Positions 19,793 through 27,420 of a DNA stretch of 42,391 nt are shown one piece after another. The stretch comes from an uncultured Ruminococcus sp. (GTDB taxonomy: Bacteria; Bacillota; Clostridia; Oscillospirales; CAG-272), in NCBI GenBank assembly GCA_902784545.1, contig CACZVC010000001.1, forward strand, positions 1-42,391, written 5' to 3'. The translations under genes were made by a program, and so were the position numbers. Within the stretch, counting starts at the first letter, position 1, and every line of letters starts with the position of its first letter. The notes under the pieces were generated by a model. It was not told where the DNA came from. It searched no databases and worked only from the letters and a program-made list of their open reading frames with translations.

Positions 19793-19807
19793 CGTAAGGA
19801 GGTAGTT

Positions 19808-20248
19808 ATGTGGTGGATAGTCTGGCTTGTGATATGCGTAGGCTGTGTGATCATTGAAGCGTCTTCTCCGCAGCTTACGTCGATATGGTTTGCCGCCGGC
19901 GCGTTTTGCGCGCTTATAGTATCGTTTATAGCGCCCGGGCTGTGGTGGCTGCAGCTGATCGTTTTCGTTGCCGTCTCCGCTGCTGCGCTCGCTCTGACAA
20001 GACCGCTCGCCAAAAAACTGACGTCGCAGAAAAAGGAGCGAATGAACGCGGACAGATTTATAGGCGAGGAAGCCGTCGTCATTCAGCGTATTGACAACGT
20101 ATCGGGCGAGGGACAGGTAAAGTCGAAGGGAGTTATCTGGTCGGCACGTGCCGAGGACGACGATATGATAATCGACGAGGGCGAAACCGTAATTATAAAA
20201 CGAATTGAAGGCGTTAAAGTAATCGTAAATAAAGAAAGGAATGAATGA
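19808..20248 (+). CDS. NfeD-family membrane protein
   Basis: 146-aa ORF with two or three N-terminal TM helices plus a C-terminal OB-fold-like segment (GEEAVVIQRI...GQVKSKGVIWSARA...GETVIIKRIEGVKVIV). It precedes and overlaps an SPFH gene, the canonical pairing. Confidence 0.85.
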   Translation: MWWIVWLVICVGCVIIEASSPQLTSIWFAAGAFCALIVSFIAPGLWWLQLIVFVAVSAAALALTRPLAKKLTSQKKERMNADRFIGEEAVVIQRIDNVSGEGQVKSKGVIWSARAEDDDMIIDEGETVIIKRIEGVKVIVNKERNE

Positions 20249-21228
20249 TTATGATGATGTTATTGGAAGCAGCCGCGGCGCGTGTTAATTTTGTGCCGTA
20301 CGTAGTGATCTCCGCTCTGGTGATCGTGATTTTACTGATACTGATATCCTGCATTAAGGTAGTACCTCAGTCCAAGGCGTACGTTATCGAGCGCCTCGGA
20401 ATGTACCGCTCGACGTGGCAGACCGGACTTCATTTCAAAATGCCTATAATCGAGCGTATTTCAAAGATCGTTTCATTGAAAGAACAGGTCGTGGACTTCC
20501 CTCCTCAGCCCGTTATCACAAGAGATAACGTAACTATGCAGATAGATACGGTCGTTTTCTATCAGATAACAGACCCGAAAATGTACGCCTACGGCGTTGA
20601 AAGACCGATAGTCGCTATCGAAAACCTCACCGCCACGACGCTGAGAAACATCATAGGCGATATGGAGCTTGACCACACTCTCACATCACGCGATACGATT
20701 AACGCAAAAATCAGAGTGATACTTGACGAGGCGACGGATCCGTGGGGCATAAAGGTCAACCGTGTTGAGTTAAAGAACATCATGCCGCCGACGGAGATCC
20801 AGGACGCCATGGAAAAGCAGATGAAAGCCGAGCGTCAGCGCCGTGAAGCGATACTCCGCGCCGAGGGTGAAAAACAGAGCAAGATACTCGTTGCCGAAGG
20901 TCAGAAGGAAAGCCAGATCTTGGCCGCCGAGGGCGAAAAGCAGGCGCAGATACTCCGCGCCGAGGCCGTTAAGGAGCAGAAGATACGCGAGGCTGAGGGT
21001 GAAGCCGAGGCTATCTTAAACGTTCAGAAAGCCGTTGCTGATTCTATCAGGCTGATCAACGAAGCCGCGCCGGAAGACGGATATATCACGATGAAGAAGC
21101 TCGAAGCGTTTGAAAAAGCCGCGGACGGCAAGGCGACGAAGATCATAGTCCCCACCGAGCTTGCAAGCGTAGCCGGTCTTGTTTCCGGCATAAAGGCAGT
21201 TGCCGAAAAGGACGATAAAGCGGAATAA
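20245..21228 (+). CDS. SPFH/band-7 (stomatin/prohibitin-like) protein
   Basis: 327-aa ORF with an N-terminal TM helix, an SPFH core (VPQSKAYVIERLGMYRSTWQTGLHFKMPIIERI) and a coiled-coil EAxxRAEGEKQ repeat region. The start could be ATG 20245, 20251, 20254 or 20257. Confidence 0.9.
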   Translation: MIMMMLLEAAAARVNFVPYVVISALVIVILLILISCIKVVPQSKAYVIERLGMYRSTWQTGLHFKMPIIERISKIVSLKEQVVDFPPQPVITRDNVTMQIDTVVFYQITDPKMYAYGVERPIVAIENLTATTLRNIIGDMELDHTLTSRDTINAKIRVILDEATDPWGIKVNRVELKNIMPPTEIQDAMEKQMKAERQRREAILRAEGEKQSKILVAEGQKESQILAAEGEKQAQILRAEAVKEQKIREAEGEAEAILNVQKAVADSIRLINEAAPEDGYITMKKLEAFEKAADGKATKIIVPTELASVAGLVSGIKAVAEKDDKAE

Positions 21229-21242
21229 TCAATTATGATAAA

Positions 21243-21268
21243 GGGGCTGCCGGCAAAACGACAGCCCC
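21243..21268. terminator. GC-rich hairpin after SPFH gene
   Basis: GGGGCTG/CAGCCCC stem plus an inner CG/CG. On the plus strand it has a C-A mismatch and a poor U-tract. On the minus strand the stem is continuous (G-U) and is followed by TTTATC. Confidence 0.5.
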
Positions 21269-21318
21269 ATATCCGTATTATATTACAATGTTTTGGCATT
21301 TACATACTGGGAGATATA

Positions 21319-22401
21319 ATGAAGAAAATAATTTTTAAGATACTTCACTTTTTGCCTGTATTTATACTGCTCATAATCTTAAATCTTTTAAACCGCGCGT
21401 CTTTTTCGTATATGAATGCCGGAACAGACTATTTCATATCCGAAGTCGTATCGAATATAATTCTTTGCGTTACCGGCGCTTTATTATACTGTTTACTCCT
21501 TAATCACGCGGTATCGATCGATGTTGATACGGATGACAGGTTATATGACGGCTCAAACGTGTTTGTTTTTGTGCTGAAAGACCCCGGATTTTATATATCA
21601 ACGGGATTTGTTATATTTTACGACCTTTTATTCTCATCATCCGTTTCAAAAAGACTTTCGGACGCTGTAAAAATAAAGCCTTTGGCTGTCCTTATTTCAC
21701 TTGTTTTTATAATCGCCTTGTCCCTTTTCATATGGGTGAAACATATAAAAAATCATACCGAAATAAAAAAGGTTAAAGCGTTATCGGCGATACTCGGTTT
21801 TGCAATACCGTCCGCCACGGTATGTACTCTTACTTACTTTATCCCGCTTATAGCCGTACAATGGAACGTGTTTATTTTCTTGGGAAGATTTGTTATCATC
21901 GGGCTCTCGGTATTTCTTTTGATATTTTATTCGGTAAAATTCTTAAAAGCTGTCGCGGCGCGTAAAAAGTTTTTATCAAATCTTAAATCCGCCTGCCGTG
22001 AAAAAGGGTATGAATTATCAGAGATACACCGTCCCGTTCTGTCCGTATTCCGCGACGACGGGAAAATTAACTACACCGTTAAAAACAAGGATACTATAAC
22101 GGAACATAAACTCGCGGCTTGTATAAACAGATCGACAAACGTACTGTTTTTCGACGGAGGCGGTATAATAAAGGACCTGCCCGTAAAGCTCGGAAAAAAT
22201 AATATACTGTTCTCTTTCAGAAACAGGCTTTATATAAAAAGCGAAAAGTGTTACGTTATATACACGTCGCCGCCGAACAACGCATTGGACGGTACGTCGA
22301 ACGGAAAAGCGTTAATCGACAACGGTATGAAGGTCGGTACGCTTACGTATTATACATCGACTGGGTATCTTAACGATCTTGAAAGAGGTCTAATAAAATA
22401 A
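21319..22401 (+). CDS. Hypothetical polytopic membrane protein with C-terminal soluble domain (no family recognised)
   Basis: Start placed at ATG 21319 (GGGAGA SD) rather than the track's 21235. About six hydrophobic helices are followed by a soluble tail of roughly 125 aa. The gene is conspicuously AT-rich compared with its neighbours. Confidence 0.6.
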   Translation: MKKIIFKILHFLPVFILLIILNLLNRASFSYMNAGTDYFISEVVSNIILCVTGALLYCLLLNHAVSIDVDTDDRLYDGSNVFVFVLKDPGFYISTGFVIFYDLLFSSSVSKRLSDAVKIKPLAVLISLVFIIALSLFIWVKHIKNHTEIKKVKALSAILGFAIPSATVCTLTYFIPLIAVQWNVFIFLGRFVIIGLSVFLLIFYSVKFLKAVAARKKFLSNLKSACREKGYELSEIHRPVLSVFRDDGKINYTVKNKDTITEHKLAACINRSTNVLFFDGGGIIKDLPVKLGKNNILFSFRNRLYIKSEKCYVIYTSPPNNALDGTSNGKALIDNGMKVGTLTYYTSTGYLNDLERGLIK

Positions 22402-22420
22402 TACGGATTATTCGGTCAAC

Positions 22421-22457
22421 AAAAAAAGGCTGTCGGTGTGACAGCCTATTGTTTTTT
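22421..22457. terminator. Bidirectional intrinsic terminator between the orphan gene and plsY
   Basis: A7, then an AGGCTGTC/GACAGCCT 8-bp stem with a 5-nt loop, then ATTGTTTTTT. The plsY stop codon lies in the 3' arm. Confidence 0.8.
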
Positions 22458-23069
22458 GCTCTTCAAGCTGAATTTTGATTCTTTTCCTTCCTTCAACCGT
22501 CTTATGTTCTCCTTGTGTCTGAATATCATAAACAGTACGCAAGCGGCGTAAAGGACGATCGCTGCGACGTCCGCGCCGAAAAACGGAAGAAGGATACAGC
22601 CGACGGTGAGCGCCGCCATAGTCGATACCGACATATATTTAACGGTCAGCAGTAAGACGCACATCAGACCGAACGCTATAAGCCCGACTCTCCAGTCGAT
22701 GAAAAACAGCGTGGCAAGACAGACGAGAAAGCCTTTGCCGCCTTTGAAATTGTAAAACACCGGATATGCGTGACCGAGCATAGAGAATACGCCCGCGTAC
22801 GCCGCGCCTAACTGAAATCTGCCGAATATGCCGTTGAAAGCAAGCCCGAATATGAGCGCCGGCAGCGCGGCTTTAAGCATATCGAATACGAATATGAACC
22901 ACGCGTATTTATTGCCGTAAACGCGCTTGAAATTCGTAAAACCGGGGTTTTTGCTCCCGACCTCGCGTATATCCTTATGATATATCACATTTGACAAGAG
23001 TATCGCAAGATTGAAGCCGGCTATCAGATACGAGCATATCGTGGCTATGAACCATATAGCTATTCTCAT
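22446..23069 (-). CDS. plsY: Glycerol-3-phosphate acyltransferase PlsY (acyl-phosphate dependent)
   Basis: 207-aa polytopic ORF with GSKNPGFTNFKRVYG and FKGGKGF motifs characteristic of PlsY. Confidence 0.9.
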   Translation of the reverse strand: MRIAIWFIATICSYLIAGFNLAILLSNVIYHKDIREVGSKNPGFTNFKRVYGNKYAWFIFVFDMLKAALPALIFGLAFNGIFGRFQLGAAYAGVFSMLGHAYPVFYNFKGGKGFLVCLATLFFIDWRVGLIAFGLMCVLLLTVKYMSVSTMAALTVGCILLPFFGADVAAIVLYAACVLFMIFRHKENIRRLKEGKESKFSLKSKKQ

Positions 23070-23070
23070 A

Positions 23071-23967
23071 TTATTTATCCGATATTCTGTACGTTATTTC
23101 CTTGCCGAAAGCGAAGATCGCAACGGCGTCCGGACCTATCGACGCGCCGATGATCGGACCGATAAAGCCGACGTAAACGTCCTTGCACGGTATTTCGCTC
23201 TTTATCATATCTATAACGAAATTTATTTCATCCTTGTCGCAGTCGGCGTGGGCGACGTAAACGGTCTGTTTTTCTGGCTCTGTTATCGTTTCCTTTAAAA
23301 GCGAAACGATCTCTTTGAGCGAATTTGCTCTGCCCTTTACCTTTTTGATAGCCGCCTGTTCTCCGTCCGCGTCGGCGATTATGATAGGTTTTACTCCGAG
23401 CAGATTGCCGAAGAAAGCGGAGGAAGCCTTTACCCTGCCCGCCTTGCGCAGAAATTCAAGCGTGTGCACGGTGACGAACTGGTTGAGATATTTGCGGCGT
23501 TCCTCAACGTACGCGGTTATTTCTTCGACGGTTTTTCCGGTATTCGCATATTCCGCCGCGTCGAGCGCAAGAACGCCTTCGCCCATACTGGCGTGTTTTG
23601 AATCTATACAGCTTATTTTCGCTTCGGGATATTCTTTCAGAAGCTCCGCGGCAAGAACGCGCGCGGTGTTTACGGAGCCGGACTGTTTGAGTGAACAGCC
23701 GATATAAACGATATCTCGGCCCATATCGAGATATTTTCTGAAAACGCGGTCAAATTCGTCCATCGGTACCTGCGTAGTCGTAACGCGGTTGCCGTTTCTC
23801 ATAATGCCGTACAGGGCGTGTACCTCTTCTTCAGTCCATGAAAGGTCGGCAGGCGAATGTTTATCCTCGTAGACCGTATTCATCTTAGCATAGTCGACGC
23901 CGTATTTTTCCATAAGCTCCGGCGTAAGGTCGGAGCAGGAGTCTGTCAGTATTTGAACTTTTCTCAT
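23071..23967 (-). CDS. DegV-family fatty-acid-binding protein (FakB-like)
   Basis: 298-aa ORF with N-terminus VQILTDSCSDLTPELMEKYGV and overall DegV resemblance. Its stop is 1 nt before the plsY start. Confidence 0.88.
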   Translation of the reverse strand: MRKVQILTDSCSDLTPELMEKYGVDYAKMNTVYEDKHSPADLSWTEEEVHALYGIMRNGNRVTTTQVPMDEFDRVFRKYLDMGRDIVYIGCSLKQSGSVNTARVLAAELLKEYPEAKISCIDSKHASMGEGVLALDAAEYANTGKTVEEITAYVEERRKYLNQFVTVHTLEFLRKAGRVKASSAFFGNLLGVKPIIIADADGEQAAIKKVKGRANSLKEIVSLLKETITEPEKQTVYVAHADCDKDEINFVIDMIKSEIPCKDVYVGFIGPIIGASIGPDAVAIFAFGKEITYRISDK

Positions 23968-24040
23968 GTTTATTGCCCTTTCGCTGTGTTTACATTATAT
24001 GTAATATAGCAAAAAAACATAAACCGAAAATAAACAATAT

Positions 24041-25099
24041 TTATTGCGGCAGATATACCGTAAACGACGTTGTGCCGTCTCCGCTTTTGACAGATACCTC
24101 GCCGCCGTGAAGCAAAACGATTTTTTTGACGATCGTAAGACCGACGCCGTTTCCCTCCGTGGAATGCGACGTATCCGCCTGATAGAACCTGTCGTATATG
24201 CGTTTTATGCTTTCCTCGGGGATATCCTCGCCTTTGTTGATTATCGTTACGGCGTAGCCGCTGTACTGCTTGTCGATTATCGCTTCGACCTTGCTGTCGT
24301 CGGGCGAGAATTTTATGGCGTTGTCTATCAGATTTATCCAGACCTGTTTCAAAAGCTCCTCGTTGGCTTTTATATTATACTCGTCGAACAGCAGTATAGG
24401 CTCGATATTCTTTTTGCTCCATTTGACCTCGAGCATAAGAAAACAGTTTCTTATCTGCTCCGAAAGATTGTATTCGGATATATCAGTCAGCTTGCTTTGA
24501 TTCTCGATCTTCGTGAGATTCAGCACGTTCGTCGCCATCTGCGCTAAGCGCGTTGATTCTTCTTCAATGACTTGCAGATATTCCCTTCGCTTTTCCTCCG
24601 GCAGATCCTTTTGCTGTAAAAGGCGCGCAAAGCCCGCTACGGAAACGATAGGCGTTTTGAATTCGTGCGAAAAATTGTTTATAAAATCCGTATGCACGAC
24701 TCTGTTTATCTCAAGCTCTGACGCCATGGTGTTGAAGCTGTTCGTAAGCTCGTTTATCGTCGGTATCTTTGCAAACGGACCCTTGAAATTAAGGCGCGCG
24801 GAATAATCGCCCGCCGCGACCTTGTTTATGGCGTTTAAGATATTGTTTATCGGTATAAGCGAAAAACGGCTTGTTGAGCCGTAGATCACTATGCCGATGC
24901 CGAGACTCAGAAGCGTCATTATAAGCAGAAACGAGCCGAAATCGAGCGCGTTTTCACCGAATTGCAGAGTACCGCGGCTTATGAGAACGAAAATAACGAC
25001 GCCGACGAGTACGGTCGTTATAAGCAGGACGGCAAGCACTATGCCCGAAAACATAAGAGCGAGCGATATCCTGTATTTTCTTACCGGCTTTTTTTTCAT
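24041..25099 (-). CDS. Sensor histidine kinase, intramembrane-sensing type (2 TM, HAMP, HisKA, HATPase_c)
   Basis: 352-aa ORF with two TM helices separated by a loop of about 12 aa. H-box FSHEFKTPI, N-box NLIDNAIKFS, G-box GNGVGLTIVKKIV. ATGA-type overlap with the response regulator gene. Confidence 0.9.
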   Translation of the reverse strand: MKKKPVRKYRISLALMFSGIVLAVLLITTVLVGVVIFVLISRGTLQFGENALDFGSFLLIMTLLSLGIGIVIYGSTSRFSLIPINNILNAINKVAAGDYSARLNFKGPFAKIPTINELTNSFNTMASELEINRVVHTDFINNFSHEFKTPIVSVAGFARLLQQKDLPEEKRREYLQVIEEESTRLAQMATNVLNLTKIENQSKLTDISEYNLSEQIRNCFLMLEVKWSKKNIEPILLFDEYNIKANEELLKQVWINLIDNAIKFSPDDSKVEAIIDKQYSGYAVTIINKGEDIPEESIKRIYDRFYQADTSHSTEGNGVGLTIVKKIVLLHGGEVSVKSGDGTTSFTVYLPQ

Positions 25100-25770
25100 A
25101 CCTTTTTCACCGCCTTGTAACCGAGACCGCGGACGGATTGTATTTCAAACTCCTCCCACCCCTCGAATCTTTTGCGAAGTCTGCCTATATGTACCGTAAC
25201 GGTCTCCCACCCGGTGTCGCTTTCGGCGCCCCATATCTCGTCCATGAGCTGTATGCGCGTGAAAATTTTGCCCGGGTATGATAAAAGCTTGTATAAGAGC
25301 ATAAACTCCTTTTGCGGAAGCTCCTGCGTCACACCGTTTTTCGTGACCGTCAGACTGTCGTAATCTAGTACGACCGAGCCGATCTCTATTTTCCGTTCGC
25401 TCGCTATCCTCGCGCGGCGCAAAAGCGCTTTTATGCGCAGTAAAAGCTCCATTTCATCAACAGGCTTTACCATATAATCGTCCGTACCGGACAAAAAGCC
25501 CTTCCGTCTGTCCTCCGGCAGCTGCATTGCGGAGACCATGAGTATCGGTATATCGTTTCTCGTTTCGCGCAAAGCCGTCGTAAGCTCATAGCCGTTCATT
25601 TTCGGCATCATAACGTCAAGAACTATAAGATCTATATATTCGCGGTCAAGAATTTCAAGAGCCTCTTCACCGTTTGAACAGGTGAAAACGGTATAGTTCT
25701 CCGCTTCGAGAATAGCCTGATAATATCTTTTTGTGTTTTTATCGTCGTCCGCGACAAGAATTTTAAACAT
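25096..25770 (-). CDS. OmpR/PhoB-family response regulator
   Basis: Start at ATG 25770 (MFKILVADDD; GAGG SD 5 nt upstream). The track's 18-codon extension runs through a terminator hairpin. Receiver domain plus winged-helix domain (VTVHIGRLRKRF). Confidence 0.92.
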   Translation of the reverse strand: MFKILVADDDKNTKRYYQAILEAENYTVFTCSNGEEALEILDREYIDLIVLDVMMPKMNGYELTTALRETRNDIPILMVSAMQLPEDRRKGFLSGTDDYMVKPVDEMELLLRIKALLRRARIASERKIEIGSVVLDYDSLTVTKNGVTQELPQKEFMLLYKLLSYPGKIFTRIQLMDEIWGAESDTGWETVTVHIGRLRKRFEGWEEFEIQSVRGLGYKAVKKV

Positions 25771-25783
25771 TTTTACCTCGTAT

Positions 25784-25815
25784 TTGATAAAAGGGCTGCC
25801 GCAGTCGACAGCCCC
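25784..25815 (-). terminator. Intrinsic terminator between small membrane protein gene and response regulator
   Basis: Minus strand GGGCTGTCG-ACTG-CGGCAGCCC (9-bp stem including one G-U, 4-nt loop) followed by TTTTATC. It ends about 12 nt before the response regulator SD. Confidence 0.7.
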
Positions 25816-25829
25816 GATCATCATAAATT

Positions 25830-26228
25830 TTATTCTTCCTCTTTATCGTCCTTCAGCGGATCGGCGTAATCGTCCTCTTCCTCGTCCTCGTACCAGCTCA
25901 TATCTTCCGGTTCGCCGACGGAATCCGCATAGGAATTGAAATCGTCGTCAAAATCAAAATCGTTTTCCTTATCGCCCAGCGTATATTCGGCAAGCTTTTT
26001 GGAAAGAGCCGGAGCGACAAGCTCTTTATAAAGGAAATAACTGCCGACAGCGCCGCCTATTGCGGATAAGATCATAATGACCTTTGACGCTTTGCTCCTC
26101 TTTTCACAGGTAAGACCCGTTACGAGCGCGGCGATAAACTGCGCCACCAGAGAAAACGCGGCTATAAGGTTTATAAGCCTTTCGTTCTTCTTATACTTTT
26201 CTTTTCCCGCACTGAAATCCAACTTCAT
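25830..26228 (-). CDS. Hypothetical small membrane protein with highly acidic C-terminal tail
   Basis: Start at ATG 26228 (MKLDFS; AGGAGA SD). Two hydrophobic helices, then a D/E-rich tail (DKENDFDFDDDF...WYEDEEEDDYADPLKDDKEEE). No family recognised. Confidence 0.6.
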   Translation of the reverse strand: MKLDFSAGKEKYKKNERLINLIAAFSLVAQFIAALVTGLTCEKRSKASKVIMILSAIGGAVGSYFLYKELVAPALSKKLAEYTLGDKENDFDFDDDFNSYADSVGEPEDMSWYEDEEEDDYADPLKDDKEEE

Positions 26229-26241
26229 TTTGTTTCTCCTT

Positions 26242-27351
26242 TCATACCTTAACAAACATTCGTAAATATGCGTTTATAAAGCCGTCAAGCTCACCGTCCA
26301 TAACGGCTTGTATGTTTCCGGTTTCATAGCCGGTCCTCGCGTCTTTTACGAGAGTGTACGGCATGAACACATAGGATCTGATCTGCGAGCCCCATTCGAT
26401 ATTAGTTTTTTCGCCCTTTATATCCTCGATCTTTTCAAGATTTTCGCGTATCTTGATTTCGACGAGCTTGCTTTTCAGCATTTTTAGCGCCGTTTCCTTA
26501 TTCTGCAGCTGACTGCGCTCGGTCTGACAGCCGACGACGATACCCGTGGGCTTGTGTACTATCCTTATCGCCGATTCGGTCTTGTTGATATGCTGACCGC
26601 CGGCGCCGCTCGATTTATGCGTCGTTATTTCCAAATCCTCGTCGCGTATCTCGATATCGTTCGTATCGTCCATTTCCGGGATCACCTCAACGGAGGCGAA
26701 AGACGTGTGACGTCTGCCGGATGCGTCGAACGGCGATACGCGCACAAGGCGGTGAACGCCGGATTCGCTCTTTAAATATCCGTAGGCGTTCGTTCCCTCT
26801 ATCGTTATCGTGGCGCTTTTTATTCCGGCTTCCTCGCCGTCGAGCCAGTCGACGAGCTTTACCTTGTAGCCGTTTTTCTCACCCCAGCGCGTATACATAC
26901 GGTAAAGCATCTGCGCCCAGTCCTGAGCTTCCGTGCCGCCTGCTCCGGGATGGAAGGATACTATCGCGTTGTTTCTGTCATACTCGCCGGATAACAGCAC
27001 CTCGATATTGAGATGTTCAAGCTTTTCCTCGATCTTTGCAACGTCGGACAGAAATTCCTCGGTATTGGAATCGTCGCCTTCTTCAATGGACATTTCGATA
27101 AGATCGTACGTGTCGTCAACGTTTGCTTTAAGCTTTTCGAAAACCTCTATCTTATCCTTAATGGCTTTGAGCGTCTGCAAATGCTTTGTCGCCTTCGCCT
27201 GATCGCCCCAGAAATCTCCCGATTCCATTTCCGCGTCCATATCGGCAGCGGTTTTACGCAATTCATCTATCTTTATGGTTATTCCGTATTCTTTTACCTG
27301 GTTTTTGATATTTGAAAGCTTGAGCTTCGCTTCCTCAAGTTGAATTATCAT
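26242..27351 (-). CDS. prfB: Peptide chain release factor 2
   Basis: 369-aa uninterrupted ORF with an SPF tripeptide (VRVSPFDASGRRHTSF) and a GGQ motif (SGAGGQHINKTESA). No in-frame UGA frameshift site near codon 25. Confidence 0.95.
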   Translation of the reverse strand: MIIQLEEAKLKLSNIKNQVKEYGITIKIDELRKTAADMDAEMESGDFWGDQAKATKHLQTLKAIKDKIEVFEKLKANVDDTYDLIEMSIEEGDDSNTEEFLSDVAKIEEKLEHLNIEVLLSGEYDRNNAIVSFHPGAGGTEAQDWAQMLYRMYTRWGEKNGYKVKLVDWLDGEEAGIKSATITIEGTNAYGYLKSESGVHRLVRVSPFDASGRRHTSFASVEVIPEMDDTNDIEIRDEDLEITTHKSSGAGGQHINKTESAIRIVHKPTGIVVGCQTERSQLQNKETALKMLKSKLVEIKIRENLEKIEDIKGEKTNIEWGSQIRSYVFMPYTLVKDARTGYETGNIQAVMDGELDGFINAYLRMFVKV

Positions 27352-27373
27352 TTATCACTGTCCTCCGTTTTGC

Positions 27374-27414
27374 ACCGTGCCGCGGAAGCGCGGAAATCGC
27401 CTCCGCGGTCCGGT
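27374..27414 (-). promoter_or_regulatory. GC-rich RNA hairpin without U-tract between PHP gene and prfB
   Basis: On minus-strand RNA: CCGCGGAGGCG-loop-CGCTTCCGCGG (11 bp with one G-U), extended by ACCG/CGGT. It is followed by CACGGUGCAAAACGGAGGA, which is the prfB SD. Confidence 0.55.
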
Positions 27415-27420
27415 TTTATA

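Noticed and set aside
19636-20082. A 148-aa minus-strand ORF spanning the pcrA-nfeD spacer and the 5' half of nfeD.
   Set aside because: It would read through the repeat array, the promoter and the hairpin, and it overlaps the well-supported nfeD gene. It has no SD. Its hydrophobic, Ser/Ala-rich content is what one expects from the antisense of a membrane protein gene.
22427-22447. The bidirectional terminator stem AGGCTGTC/GACAGCCT shares GGCTGTCG with the minus-strand reading of the hairpins at 21243 and 25793. This hinted at a three-member repeat family.
   Set aside because: Only one arm and 8 nt are shared, and the flanks and the 3' arm differ. That is compatible with independent GC-rich terminator stems. 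Only the 21.2-kb/25.8-kb pair is similar enough to report.
27250-27351. I looked for the programmed +1 frameshift site (SD-like element plus CUU UGA) that autoregulates prfB in many bacteria.
   Set aside because: The N-terminus (MIIQLEEAKLKLSNIKNQVKEYGITIKIDELRK…) is continuous in one frame with no in-frame UGA. A minority of bacteria are known to lack the frameshift, so this is a normal variant and not an anomaly.
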